A stretch of DNA of 64,000 nucleotides from Mustelus asterias (lineage: Eukaryota). A model generated the notes under the pieces. It was not told the origin of the DNA. It ran no database searches and saw only the letters and a program-made list of their open reading frames with translations. The DNA is taken from NCBI RefSeq assembly GCF_964213995.1, contig NW_027590191.1, forward strand, positions 310,001 to 374,000, read 5' to 3'. Positions 22,750 to 35,012 of this stretch are shown piece by piece. The position numbers were made by a program, and so were the translations under genes. Numbering within the stretch: position 1 is the stretch's first letter; every line of letters starts with the position of its first letter.

Positions 22750-23110
22750 TGCAGAGGTTAATTCCAAACTGAAAGGATGTTTCTTTTGTGACAGGGACAA
22801 AAACTTGGGAGATAATGTTAATAAACTCCTCAAGGTCTCCTCAGAAATGATGAGATTATGCCTTTTTGTCACCATGATGTTCCTTGGTCTGTGATATCCT
22901 CTTCCCCAGAAATCAGTGGTGGCAAGTTCATTGAAAACAATTAGGACGGGGTGGGGTCGATTATTGAATGACCAGGGAGTCAGAGTGTACAGGGGAAACA
23001 TGGAAATACAGATGTCACAATTCAATCCGCCAGGATCTTAACAAATGTCGGACAGTCTCGAGGTGGCACAGTTGCCTACTCCAGCTCCAAATTTGTATGT
23101 TCACATGGCC
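22750..23110 (+). mobile_element. Old CR1 3' fragment
   Basis: cttccccagaaatcagtggtggcaagttcattgaaaac...gcctactccagctcc...tgtatgttc. Confidence 0.55.
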
Positions 23111-23625
23111 ACAAGTGGACTTATTACATTAGTTGATTACAAGTCGCCTTTATACAGAAGTTAAACGTCACAAATACACTCATGATATTTTAATGTGCTT
23201 TTTGTCTCCTTTACTATCCTTTCCCCGCCTGCCCGCCTATGAAACAACCATTTATCATCTCCTCTCTCACTCTCCAGCAGCTTACAACTGGCCTGTTCAG
23301 AGGTATATTTAATCAGTGCGTGTTACTGGATCAGAAACAGCGTATCTGCAATCAACATGTTCCACAAAGTAGTAACTGAGAATTGAGAATGAGCTGCCTG
23401 TGCGTCAGGGTGTCTCCTGAGGCTAATCTTGTTTCCCCTTTTCCTTTAACTATTGTTTTTCTGATGATCATTAACAAACCAACCCACACAGCAGAACGCT
23501 GTCTCCCACCAGGACATTGGCTGCAGCACAGATCGAGGTGTTTCCTTTCACTGACATCCAGCTCACACAGGACGTCGGATCATTGAGGGCGGGGATTACA
23601 ACGGGTGGCTTCAGTTATGGAGTTG

Positions 23626-23960
23626 GGGCGGCACGGTAGCACAGTGGTTAGCACTGCTGCTTCACAGCTCCAAGGTCCCGGGTTCGATTCCCGGCTTGGG
23701 TCACTGTCTGTGTGGAGTTTGCACATTGTCTGCGTGGGTTTCCTCCGGGTGCTCCCGTTTCCTCCCACAGTCCAAAGATGTGCGGGTTAGGTTGATTGGC
23801 CAGGTTAAAAATTGCCCCTTAGAGTCCTGGGCTGCGTAGGTTAGAGGGATTAGCGGGTAAAATATGTGGAGGTAGGGCCTGGGTGCGATTGTGGTCGATG
23901 CAGACTCGATGGGCCGAATGGCCTCCTTCTGCACTGTAGGGTTTCTATGATGATTATGTG
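23626..23960 (+). mobile_element. HE1-type SINE
   Basis: Near-consensus head, core and tail. Confidence 0.9.
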
Positions 23961-24158
23961 ATGTTTCTCTGTTCCACTGCAGTTATGCAGTTCATTTTCT
24001 CAGTCTCTCCTGCTAACTGTTGGGTGACGGTTTGATCCGAGATTAATTTGGTTTCCTCTCGGTGTGTATCTGAGCGCCTGCGAGCGCCGCTGCACTGCAA
24101 CAGCTGCAGTCCAACTTAAGGCTCAACAGAACAGAGCTCGCACCAACAATCCAAAGGC

Positions 24159-24197
24159 AGTTTTTGTGCAGGGGTGAGACTGCTTTCCATCACTGTG
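24159..24197 (-). other. 23-RSS, near consensus
   Basis: CACAGTG - 23 bp - ACAAAAACT. Confidence 0.93.
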
Positions 24198-24652
24198 ATA
24201 GCTGGAAAGCGCAGTAATACACGGCGATATCAGTCAGCTGCAGATCCGAAACGGTTAAACTGGTGAATTTAGTCGATGTATGAAGCTCGATAGAGAAACG
24301 GCTTTTGGCAAAATCTGCTTTATCTTCACTGTTGTATGTATTTCTCCACACGATAAACTCGGGATGGTTTCCTGGGAGTTGCCGGTACCAGTGTAATGCA
24401 TAGTTTCTCTGTGTAGTTTCATAGTTACAGGTTAATATGAGCGCTGCTCCTTCTGCCTTAACATCTGAGGGCAGCGGCTGAGTGACAGAATCTCCATGAC
24501 TCAGATCTGGAATATAATAAATTAATCAGGAAAAGTATAGACCGGTGGCTGGTTGGAATTTGATTCCAATCAAGCTTGGGGAATGAAAGAACGCATCCAC
24601 ATTTACCTGCCAGAAATATTCCGCACACAACCCAGATGCTGAGCAGCCGCAT
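24198..24652 (-). CDS. TCR alpha/delta-type V segment, intact (leader 24607-24652, V exon 24198-24506)
   Basis: MRLLSIWVVCGIFLA, GTAAAT...TTCCAG intron, then DLSHGDSVTQPLPSDVKAEGAALILTCNYETTQRNYALHWYRQLPGNHPEFIVWRNTYNSEDKADFAKSRFSIELHTSTKFTSLTVSDLQLTDIAVYYCAFQL. Translated by hand; the V exon is not in the ORF track. Confidence 0.93.
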
Positions 24653-25199
24653 TGTCTCTGTCCGCTCTGTGAAAGGGGAGGGGGTTGGATATTTAGCCAA
24701 CCGTTCTAAACCCCGCCCTCAATAATCTGCTGCCGTGTCTCAGGCTATACTCACCTCACCTCCTTGCTTTTCCATTGGTGCTGTGAGGCCGGCAGATAGC
24801 AAAGAGAATCACCCCGAGCTGCATTACAGTCACTATTCTTGCAGAGAAAATGCTTCCCGAATTATCCACCGGAGTTGGGGAAGGAACACCTTCACCTTAA
24901 TTGTACTAAAGAAAGTAAATATTTTTTGAATGAATTTGTCACTTTGTTTTCACGGATTTTGCTCCACTATCAGCGTAGTGATAACCATGACTGCAGTGAA
25001 ATTCCTCTCACGGGCTTTAATTATTATTAATACATGAAGTAATGTCAGCGTTACTGGGAAGTCTAGATTTCAACTCCATTCCTAATTACCCTTGAGAAGG
25101 AGAGGGGGTGTGCAGGTTCTTAAACTGCTGTGGTCTCTCGGGACTATTAATATGGTGAAAGAGGATGTGTAGCACATCTAGCTTTTCCAGTAATAGAAA

Positions 25200-25440
25200 G
25201 TTCCTCCCGGTGCTGCTGTTTCATCCCAAACTCCAAAGATGTGCAGGTTCGGTGGATTGGCCAAGCTCACTTACCCCTTTGTGTACCAAGATGTGTGTGT
25301 AGGTTAGGGGAATTAGCGGGCTGAATGTGCAGGCTTCTGGGGATAGGGCCTGAGTGGGATTGGTGTCAGGGAGTCGGTGAAGGTTCAATGGGCCAAATTG
25401 CCTCCTTCTGCACTGCAGGGATTCGATGGTTTTATGATAT
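25200..25440 (+). mobile_element. HE1-type SINE, 5'-truncated
   Basis: tccaaagatgtgcaggttcggtggattggcc...cctccttctgcactgcagggattc. Confidence 0.7.
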
Positions 25441-26620
25441 TCAGGCCAGAAGATTTGAAAAAATGGAAAAGCATTGACTGTAGGAACCTGCAGCCGACAT
25501 TGGAGCATGGTCATTGTCGCATCACACGTCACTATAGGTAAAACACTCCAGTGTATTCGACCGTTCTGCTCTCAATGTTGAAAATGTTTTAAAGGCGAAT
25601 GTTTTATTGAGAATGTCAATATCGAGACTGAGCTGCCGACCAGTGCTGTTGCTGAGGAACTTTTGGTCATAGTTCCGTAGATGCCTGTTCAAATACCTAT
25701 TTTTGGTTGCATTGAACTGCGTTGCAATCATTAATGTCCATTTATGTTAGGTATGAAAGTAAGTATCTGGCATATATTCACTGAGAGCGAGTCAATATCC
25801 CAATGCTAAAACTCGAGTAAAGCTGAAACGCCCTCTGGTGGCATTTGTTCGAATTATGAGCCTCAATGTTCCACTTCTCCCTGAGAGATTGCACAGGACT
25901 GTGTTGTGGTGTGGGAGATCCTCATACTTGGACAGTGTGCCTCGTGCAGTGGGGAAGAGAGTTATATTTTACTCTGAGAGATTTGGTTTGAAGCGCAGAT
26001 TGGACACAAGGATGGATATCCATTTTGCCGGATGGGGAAAGGAGTTTGGCAAAGTGATAATTTGTTCATATTTTATTCAAGATTCATTTTAAAAATTCAG
26101 AGAACATTTCACAGAAACTTTTTTAAAAGTTCACAGAAGAGGACATAACGATTGATTTTCATATTGAGAACAGAGCACGTGTGCTCTGAGCTGCCCAATA
26201 TATGTAGAACTGTGACAGACACCAAAAACAGAAAACAGGAGCTCAACATAAAGAAAAGGAAACAATTGTGTATGTTGCGAAAAGATGAAAACAAAACATT
26301 GATGTTGCAGGCATCTGTCGCTCAGCAATGTGCAATGTAGGAGAAGTTGAACTGGCTGACAAACTGTCCTCCAGATTCCCACTTCATGATAAATTTCAAT
26401 AAAAGGTCGTTTCACAAATCAATCCTCAGCAATGGGAAGGAAGAGCATGGATCCACCGAAACTTATACCTGGATCGCTGGATCCAGAGTGCTCACAGTTA
26501 GACCAGCAATCGGCTTCAAATTGTCGCTCAAAGCAATTGACCCACTTGTTGTTGCTGCCGCATTGAATGAAGGAGGTCACATGCTTTGAGTGACCATTTG
26601 CATCTGGCGGCTCTGTTCCT

Positions 26621-26692
26621 GGTTAAGTGGTGCGATGGTGAGCACTCTGGACTCTGAATTCAGTAATATGAGTTCGGATCTCGGTGAAACGT
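26621..26692 (+). pseudogene. tRNA-Gln(CTG) pseudogene
   Basis: ggttaagtggtgcgatggtgagcactctggactctgaattcag...; broken acceptor stem. Confidence 0.7.
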
Positions 26693-26892
26693 TCCTTTTA
26701 TTTGCTAAAGCCGGTGATTGGTTTGCTGAAGGACATTTTATTTGAAATTCTCAGAAAGTGAATTTTAGACTCTGAGGAAATTTCAGCAAATTCCAACGCA
26801 ATCACATTGCAGACGATGCAGCGAATGATTCTCCTGGTGTTATTGCTTCAGCCCTCGAGGACGATTGCTCAAGAAAGCAAAGAGCTCGGGGG

Positions 26893-27190
26893 CAGAATCA
26901 AAAATTCCCTGCAGTGCAGAAGGAAGCCATTCGGCCCATCGAGCCTGCGCCGATAACAATCCCATCCTGAACCTATCCGCATATACATACCCTCTTAGTC
27001 CTTCTGACACTACGGGCAATGTAGCATGGCCAATCAACCTACCCACACACCTTTGAATTCTGCGCCGGATGCCCAGCGTCCTTCCACACACGCAGACACG
27101 GGGAGAATGTGCAAACTGCAGAAAGTCACTCGAAGCCAGAATTGAAACCCGGTGCCTAACACTGTGAGGCAGCATTGTGCAACCGTGCCG
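26893..27190 (-). mobile_element. HE1-type SINE
   Basis: Reverse complement of HE1; same position as 28310-28605 in the next array unit. Confidence 0.75.
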
Positions 27191-27281
27191 GAAATGCCAC
27201 AGAGGGCAGGGGTTCCCCAACCGGTATCATTCACTGAGCCCTTTCTCCCAATTTAAACAAGACTTAGAACGGAAAGAATAG

Positions 27282-27353
27282 TGGCTCCAACGAAATTGGA
27301 ACTCAGTTTGCTTGATTCACAGTCCAGAAAGCTAACCAGTTCACCATAGAACC
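27282..27353 (-). pseudogene. tRNA-Gln pseudogene
   Basis: Degenerate reverse-complement Gln ending caccatagaacc. Confidence 0.6.
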
Positions 27354-27410
27354 CACAGGCCGCTGGTTTGAGGCAGCAGGCCATTTTCCCAGATCTTTTT
27401 CTTAGTCACA

Positions 27411-27447
<37 letters not shown>

Positions 27448-27528
27448 TTTCTGCAATGTGCATTGTCATTGAAGTTGAACTGGCTGTCAAATTGTCCTCT
27501 CGATTCATACTTTGTGAGAAAGTTAAAC

Positions 27529-27876
27529 CTCGGTTGCCTCGGGAAAGCAGCCAACATAATTAAGCACCCCTCGCACCCCGGACATTCTCTCTTTCACCTT
27601 CTTCCGTCGGGAAAAAGATACAAACGTCTGAGGTCACGTACCAACTGACTCAAGAACAGTTTGTGCCCTGCTGCCGTCAGACTTTTGAATGTACCTACCT
27701 TCTATTAAGTTGACCTTTCTCTGCACCCCAGCTATGACGGTGACATTACATCCTGCACTCTCTCATTCCCTTCCCCATGAACGTTATGCTTTGTCTGTAT
27801 AATGCGCAAGAAACAGTACCTTTCACTGTATACTAATACATGTGACAATAATAAATCAAATCAAAATCAAATCAAA
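27529..27876 (+). mobile_element. Rex1/Babar LINE 3' fragment
   Basis: KAANIIKHPSHPGHSLFHLLPSGKRYKRLRSRTN and an (aaatc)n tail. Confidence 0.85.
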
Positions 27877-27919
27877 CATCATCTCGCAAATCAATCATCA
27901 GAATTGGCAAAGAAAAACA

Positions 27920-27991
27920 ACGTTCCAAGGAGATTCGAACTCAGATTGCTGGATTCAGACTCTAGAGTGCCCACAATTTCACCACAGAACC
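27920..27991 (-). pseudogene. tRNA-Gln(CTG) pseudogene
   Basis: Degenerate reverse-complement Gln, head-to-head with 28034-28105. Confidence 0.65.
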
Positions 27992-28033
27992 AAATGCGTT
28001 TGGTGACGATTTGCAAGTGGCGCCCGTGTTCCC

Positions 28034-28105
28034 GGTTGTGTGGTGTAACGGTGAGCATTCTGAACTCTGAATCCAGTAATCTGAAATCAGATCTCGGTGG
28101 AGCCT
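28034..28105 (+). pseudogene. tRNA-Gln(CTG) pseudogene
   Basis: ggttgtgtggtgtaacggtgagcattctgaactctgaatccag...ctcggtggagcct; B-box mutated. Confidence 0.65.
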
Positions 28106-28309
28106 CGCTTTCCTTTACTAAAGCCGATGATTGGTTTGCGGAAGGGTATTTTATTTATAATTGGCAGAAAGTGAAATTTTAATCTCTGAAGAAATTTCAG
28201 CAAATTCCACCGCATTTACATTGCAGACGATGCAGGAAATGATTTCCGAGCTTCATGGCTTCAGCCACAGAGGACGATTGCTCAAGAAAATGAGGAGTTC
28301 GGAGGCAGA

Positions 28310-28605
28310 ATCATAGAACCCTTATGGTGTATAAGGAAGCCATTTGGCTCATCTACCCGGCACCAGCAGCAATCGCACCCAGTCTCCATCCCTGTAATCC
28401 CGCATATTTACCCAGTTAATCCCCTGACTCTAAGGGTAACGTAACATGACCAATCAACCTAATCCGCACATTTTTGTCTTATAGGACGTGTGCTCGGTTT
28501 TCTTCCGCACATACAGACACGGGGAGAATGTGCAACTGCACACAGTCACCCGAAGCCAGAACTGAACACGGGTCCTGTTACTGGGAGGCAGCAGTGCCAA
28601 CCACA
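28310..28605 (-). mobile_element. HE1-type SINE
   Basis: Reverse complement of the HE1 head and core. Confidence 0.7.
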
Positions 28606-28675
28606 GTTATTCTACCGATATAATTCGCTGAGTCATCTGCCCCAAGTTAAGCAGGAGTTCGGGCGTTGAGAATAG

Positions 28676-28747
28676 TGGTTTCATTGAGATTCGAGCTCGG
28701 ATTGCTGGATTCAAAATCCAGAGTGCTCACCGTTACACCATGGAACC
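28676..28747 (-). pseudogene. tRNA-Gln(TTG) pseudogene
   Basis: Reverse complement GGTTCCATGGTGTAACGGTGAGCACTCTGGATTTTGAATCCAGCAATCCGAGCTCGAATCTCAATGAAACCA; T-arm defects. Confidence 0.75.
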
Positions 28748-29045
28748 AACTGGGCGCTGTTTTAATGCGGGAGGTCTTTCACCCAAATCTCACACAAACA
28801 CACTCTTGCTCAATTATTGCCAGGCTCCAGTCGGGTTTTTGTTTGACACCAACTGCTCCTCTGATTCGACAGAACGTCAAAGAGTAGCGAAAGATGAAAA
28901 AAGAAAAACACTGATGCTACAAGCATCTGGCGCCAGAGTCTCAGCAATGTGTATTGACAAAGTGCCCTCTCGATTCGTACATGGTGACAAATGGAGAATA
29001 AATGTCATGGAGAAAATCAATTATCAGCATTGGTAAAGGAGAGCA

Positions 29046-29117
29046 AGGCTCCACCGAGATTTGAACTCAGATCGCAGCATTGAAAGCTCAGCGAGCTCAC
29101 CACTACACCACGGAACA
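29046..29117 (-). pseudogene. tRNA-Gln pseudogene
   Basis: Gln-like acceptor and T arms, decayed anticodon arm. Confidence 0.6.
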
Positions 29118-29353
29118 CAGAGCACCGCAATGACTTGCAAATGACCTGCGAAACATGGCTATTTCTGGAGATATCTCCCGATAGGTCTTGCGATGAAATA
29201 ATTTGAGATTTGGGGCACTCTGCCTTCTGAGCTTTTCTGATATCAACGGTGGCCTATAACGACCCATTGTTATCATACTTGCTGTTGCTGTCACATCGAA
29301 TGAAAGAGATCAAATTGTTCGAGTGATCATTTGCCGGCAATGGGCGTGTTCTG

Positions 29354-29425
29354 TGATCTGTGGTGTACCGGTGAGCGCTCTGGAATCTGAATCCAGCAAT
29401 TCGAGTTCGTATCGTGGCAAAACCT
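29354..29425 (+). pseudogene. tRNA-Gln(CTG) pseudogene
   Basis: gtggtgtaccggtgagcgctctggaatctgaatccagcaattcgagttcg. Confidence 0.6.
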
Positions 29426-29811
29426 TGAGTTTTTTTGCTAAAGCCGATGATGGGTTTGCAGAAGGGCATTTTATTTTAAATTGTCAGAAAGTGGAAATCT
29501 AAACACTGACGAAATCTCAGCAAATTCCACGGCATTCAAATTGCAGACGCTGCAGCGAATGCCTCTCCTGGCGTCATTGCATCAGCCCCAGAGGATGATT
29601 GCTCAGGAATACAATGCGCTGAGAGGCAGGGAAGCCACTGTAGACAGCGGAGTCCATCTTCATGTGTCGTGTCATTCACTCACTCATCTGTCCCAATTTA
29701 AAGAGTTCGGAGGCGAGAGGCCAGAGTGCGATCCGTTACACCATGGAATCGACAGCTCTGTGACCGAAGACACTAGACTTGTCTCCCAAAACACACACAC
29801 GTACCTACACT

Positions 29812-29849
29812 CGCTCTCTCTCTCTCTCTCTCACGCGCGCGCGCGAGCG

Positions 29850-29890
<41 letters not shown>
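29812..29890. repeat. Compound (CT)n(CG)n(CA)n microsatellite
   Basis: Visible tract; related CA/CG tract at about 3918-3978 in the paralog. Confidence 0.9.
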
Positions 29891-29894
<4 letters not shown>

Positions 29895-30142
29895 CCAATA
29901 ATTGCTGGACTCCATTCGAAGGGCTGTTGCTCCGGCACCAGCTGCTCCTTTCTTTCAACAGAGGAGTTAAAGAGAAGATAAAATATGAAAAGACATTGAC
30001 GCGGCAGGCATCTGGCGCCAGAGGCTCAGCAATGCGCATTGGAATAGCAATTGAACTGGCTGACAAATTGCCCTCTCGATTCGGACGTTGTGAAAAAATT
30101 GAACGAAACGCCCTTCGGCAAATCAACCATCAGCGTTGACCA

Positions 30143-30214
30143 AGGTTCCGCCGAGATTTGAACTCAGATCGCTGGATTCAGAGTCCAGAGTGCTCACCAT
30201 TACACCACGGAACC
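30143..30214 (-). tRNA. trnaq-cug: tRNA-Gln(CTG), intact
   Basis: Reverse complement GGTTCCGTGGTGTAATGGTGAGCACTCTGGACTCTGAATCCAGCGATCTGAGTTCAAATCTCGGCGGAACCT, 72 nt. Confidence 0.92.
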
Positions 30215-30544
30215 AAACACACAATACCCGCCTGCAAATAATCATGCAATACCTGTGCCAGTCTGAACAGCAGGGAGAAAAATCATTCCCATTCCACAAT
30301 CCCGTCAATTACCCACAGCAATTCATACTGACATTGCCCTGCTGTTTCCTCCGAAAATAATGAGTACTCTACCTTCAACTGCATTGAATTTCACTGCAGC
30401 TCACCACATTCAAACAGCAATGTTAGCATCGACCTGTTACAAACTCTGTTGTGGTAAATCTACTGAACAGCATCAGCTGTTCACCCTCTATTTTCGTCGC
30501 ATTGGAAGCCAGTGTGAAAATGTGAACAATTTCTAACCTTAACA

Positions 30545-31140
30545 GACAGGAAGGAGAGTGTGACTGTGGATAATTGGCACTGTGCACATTGCTGTAATCA
30601 GTACCTGGGAGAATCGGGCAGGTGGGATCCTGGTCATCGAGTGGTGAGGGGTCGGCGTTTTCAGGGTCGCAGACTGGCTTCGATGTACTAAGATTTAATG
30701 GTTTTGATTTTTAAAAAACTTGAAGTACTTCCTGATCGATAGCAGCTCTGTCAGAATCAGTGGAGTGAGATTTGTAGTTGGCTTGCGAGCTGGAAATGTC
30801 ACATGTGCAACAGGTAAAGGACAAACACAGATAGTGAAGGACAGTGATAGATTGTAAGGTTCTGCCGATAGAGATCGTGATACAACGTAACGTCTGGGTG
30901 CTAATGGGCCAGATTTACCCGTTTACACTGACAAAAATATCACGTATTTCTGGATACAAATTCCCAGGCGAAGAAGAAAACTTCTCACCGAATGAACATT
31001 AAACTCTTTCACCTTTATTGATTGCAGTTTTCATTCCTTCACTGAGATCAACAAAGCGGGATGGAGAAAGATTCAGTTTGATTGGTGACGCTGCCGGAGG
31101 GATGGAGAGCTGGAGTTCACCCAGGAAAGCAGCAAAGATT
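30545..31140. repeat. Inverted segmental duplication arm (partner at about 35180-36310)
   Basis: ggtgacgctgccggagg...ggagagctggagttcacc...agcagcaaag and gataattggcactgtg occur reverse-complemented in the partner; a Glu relic at about 30628 corresponds to the intact Glu gene. Confidence 0.7.
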
Positions 31141-31751
31141 AAACACGATGGAGTCTAACGTGGGGCTGCAATCAACGATTCTGAAATTACATCTGATATG
31201 CTGCGACTAAGCTAACCGTCCTCCTGCTGCAGCGATGCTTGCACCCTTTCTTAACATACGTGAAGCCAAACGCTGTTTCCATCTGGTGCCTCAGCTTGTT
31301 CTGAATTCAAAGTTTACAGTTAACCGATCAATAAAATCCCCACCGTTACAATGCATTCCTCTCAGTCAGCAGTAACATCATTCCCATCTTCTATTTATTT
31401 GCTGCACCTCCTTCCAAACATTACAAACTCCTCTTACATCTTTCACTCTGATCTTTTCTCTGAAACATTTCATGATTAAACTTTTGAACTATTGTGGATA
31501 ATTTTGTGACGCTAAAAAGCTGTTCATTTCCAAGGGGGAGCTAAAGCACATTGACGCACACAGAGAAACCCAGACACATACACGCACCCAGCGTGACAGA
31601 GGCCGAAGGAGAGACAACACACTGAAAACACAACCTGGTTCCGTCTCTGTTCCATTTCTGACTGCAGGTTCCGTGATGCTTTTGTGAATGAACGGAAATG
31701 TGAAACCGCCCGATTGTTTGGGTGGATTTGATTCAATTCGCTCTGTGGACA

Positions 31752-31834
31752 CAGAGTTAAAACCAGGAATAATCAGAAGCGGGAAATCCCAATGGATTCA
31801 AACTCCATCACGTTAACCAGCCAGCCACGATGAC
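31752..31834 (-). pseudogene. tRNA-Ser relic
   Basis: gggaaatcccaatggattcaaactccatcacgttaaccagccagccacga resembles the reverse complement of tRNA-Ser. Confidence 0.5.
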
Positions 31835-32749
31835 TGGCGCTCTGAGCTATGAAGCCAACCGCATGCCCATTTTAACAGTTACTCTTCTATAATCAGTGGA
31901 ACGAGCATCAGAGCGAAGATTTTGTGGGTAATATTTGATTCATAGGAAATGTCTGAAATGGACAATACGAAGTTCAAAGATGTTAATGGAAATCGGCAGA
32001 ATTTGAAATGTGTCAGTTACTTTCAGTGATCACTGTCTGCCATGTGTTTGCCGTGTGATTCTTCGTCAGAGCTTATTGCTGATGTTATATGTCTGACTTT
32101 TCCAACTCTAGTGCAAGTTCATCCAGCTGGAAGATTAATCTTGCTTCGCCCTTCTCAGATGCTGTGAGGTGTGTTTGCATTCAATGAAGAATTATAGAAA
32201 GTTATTCAGTTCTTGGGTGGAAATCAAACTCGAACCACCGTACTGAATCCTGACCACGAAACTTCCAGTGAAGCTGATTTAAGAGATTTGCAATTAGTTG
32301 ATCATCATCGCTTTAGTTATTGCTTCATTTCAGGCCACTTTCGCCTGAGACACATTCACTCAATCATGATATCAATTTATGATTCCAGTAAAACGCACCT
32401 CTTTCCTTGTGTTCAGATCCAATTATCCCCATAAACGGAGCAAATTCAAGATGTTCTACTTAGTTATCGATTGTTATAAACCCCGGGCCCTGGCGGTGAA
32501 AACACTGATTCGGCACCAATAGATCACCCGGACTCCACCATCACCAGCTCAATGTTGCACTTGTCCATCATTCCTTGTGTCAGTGAGTCCATCCTCTCTT
32601 GCTCTCTAACACATAGCTTCCGTTTTGTTCCCAGACAGAGCAATTCCCGACTTAAATGCTGCAATAACTCAACAGTTCAATTAAAGTTTCGTGAGAAACG
32701 AGAATAATTCTGAAATATGAATCAATGAGCAATAACAAGCATTTGGAAA

Positions 32750-32822
32750 TGTTTCTACGCGGTCTTGAACCAGGAACGTTTCGCGTGTGAAATGAACGTG
32801 ATAACCACTACACTGCAGAAAC
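32750..32822 (-). pseudogene. tRNA-Val(CAC) pseudogene
   Basis: Reverse complement GTTTCTGCAGTGTAGTGGTTATCACGTTCATTTCACACGCGAAACGTTCCTGGTTCAAGACCGCGTAGAAACA; stem mismatches. Confidence 0.75.
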
Positions 32823-34445
32823 ACAGCAGTCCTTGCAGCTGAAGCAGGTTTACTGGAGAAGCAACAAAACTGCTTCCACAATCCCGTTAGTTTCTCATTT
32901 TACATTGCCTCTTCTGGTTCCTCTAATCAAAATGAATGATAATACATTCCACTGCGAAACATTTTGGCGATCACGTGTTTGACCAACTTTATTCTTAACG
33001 TTTAAAGCAAATTAAGTGAGTATCTGACGGTGGGGGAATTTGAACCCATTCCTCCACAAATAGCGCTCTCCTCAATTTAGTGTCCTCGAATTCTCATCAG
33101 TGACACCATCAGAGGTGATTGCTACCAGAGCTGGTATTGGCAGTGAACAGAACCAATGAGGTGGGATTGGATCACATGTCCCGTTGAGTCTCCTCCGCCA
33201 CTGAAGATCAAGATGGGTCCCCAGCTCAACAACCACCTCATCTCAGGAATCAATTCAATGAAGCTTGGTTCCACCCAGACATGGAGAGAATAGAATGAAT
33301 AAAAAAGAACAAAAGAGGGGAATTGGATGGAGAGACTGAGCGAGGGAATAACCGACGCAGATCGACAAAGAGAAAGATAGAGACGGAGTGGGGAAGACAC
33401 TGAACGGAAAAAATGCCAATTCCATTTGATTTAAATTAAAGAAAAAGAAAGTTGAAAGCATTGAAAACAGCCAATGCTATGGCCGTAAAAATATATTCTG
33501 GCAATGGTGCTGAAGAATTCAGATTCAGATCTTACCGCAATCCGAGCGAAGCTGTTCCTACGCTACAACACTGCCATCTAACCGCCAATGCTTCAATTTG
33601 CCCAAGATTGCCCGGTTTACAAATATCAGGTCAAATCCAACGCCGCAAATTACCATCAGTCTACTCTTGATCATCAGTAACGTGACGGAAGGGGCAATAA
33701 ACAATGGTATCAGGAGGAACTCCAATGCAAACTGGAGGAACATCGCCCGATCTCCCGATTCGGCACTGACTGCATTCCAGAATTAACACTGAATTCAACA
33801 ACTTCAGAGCATCTCCTTTCCTCCATCCTCACCCAATTTCCATTTATTTTGTTTTATTTCGTTTTATCTTATTTATTTATTTTTATTATTTTATAACTTC
33901 TTATATATATCTATATATATATAATTTCCATGTTTTCCATTGTTTATTTAAAATCTCACTTTCCATCTTGTTGCCCCCTCTCCCTCCACCCCACTCGGGC
34001 CGTCTCTTACATTTCCTTTGTCCTGCCATTTGCACATTCTGATCTCTTAATGGGCAGCCAGCAGCACCCTTCTCAGCCATGATCACCACCATTAAAATTC
34101 TCTTTTTCTTAATTTATATGTAACACCTTTGTCACCCACCCCACACCCATATCCCTCACCATTACAGTATAAATCTCGTCCAGATTTCTTTGTCTTCAGC
34201 TCTGACGGAGGCCATCCAGATTTTGAACGTTAGCTCTATTCTCCCTTCACATGTGCTTTTAGACCTGTTGAGATTTTCCAGCATTTTCTGTTCTTGTTTT
34301 AGGTTCCAGCATCTACAGTAAGTGTGTTTATATCAAGAGACACTTGTCAGACAGACTTGTCCCTGGTATACAAAAAAAATGCTAAAATGGAAACAAAGCG
34401 CCAAGTTAGCATGGCTCGTTTAGATTAAAACACTTGCAGGCAGTT

Positions 34446-34511
34446 TCCTTGGTGATCTCGTGGTTAGCACTTGGCGCTTTCACCGCAGCGGTTCGATTCC
34501 TGGCCAGGGAA
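34446..34511 (+). pseudogene. tRNA-Glu(TTC) pseudogene with a T-arm deletion
   Basis: tccttggtgatctcgtggttagcacttggcgctttcaccgcagcggttcgattcctggccagggaa; 66 nt. Confidence 0.7.
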
Positions 34512-34719
34512 TCAAGATTTCTTGTTTTTTTGCAGCACATGATTTAAGTGGAATTGGAATTACTTCCTGATCGAAAACAGGAGTGATGTTGGTGCCAGTT
34601 TCAACAGTACAGAGAAAACTCCGTCGCATTCCACAAACCCGTCAATTACCCACAACAATTTGTATTTGCATTGCCTCTTTTGGTTCCTCCAGTCAAAATG
34701 AATAATGATATATTCAAGT

Positions 34720-35012
34720 AGAATCCCTATTGTACAGAAGGAGGTCGGTCGGCCCATCGAGTGCGCACCGACAACAATCCCATCCACGCCCTCTTCCCGG
34801 AAACCCACATATTTACCCTGACAATCCCGCTGACAAGCATAGCCAAGCAACCGAAATCACACATGTTTGGAAAGGAATCCGGAGCACACGGAGGAATCCC
34901 ACGCAGACACGGAGAGACCGTGCAAACTCCACACAGAGTGCCCAGAGAAATTTAACCTGAGCCACTGGCGCTGTGAGGCATCATTGCTAACCACTGTGCC
35001 ACCGTGCCATCC
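34720..35012 (-). mobile_element. HE1-type SINE
   Basis: Reverse complement of HE1. Confidence 0.8.

Larger units (their letters stand above)
26270..30460. repeat. Tandem array of about 1.1-1.5-kb tRNA-Gln units
   Basis: Recurring blocks gcaggcatctg...cagcaatgtgca, aatcaatcatcag...aagagcaagg and cagaaagtg(g)aa...caaattccac...ttgcagacgatgcag. Confidence 0.8.

Noticed and set aside
22847-22894. Leader-like MMRLCLFVTMMFLG
   Set aside because: It lies within a decayed CR1 3' fragment and no V exon follows.
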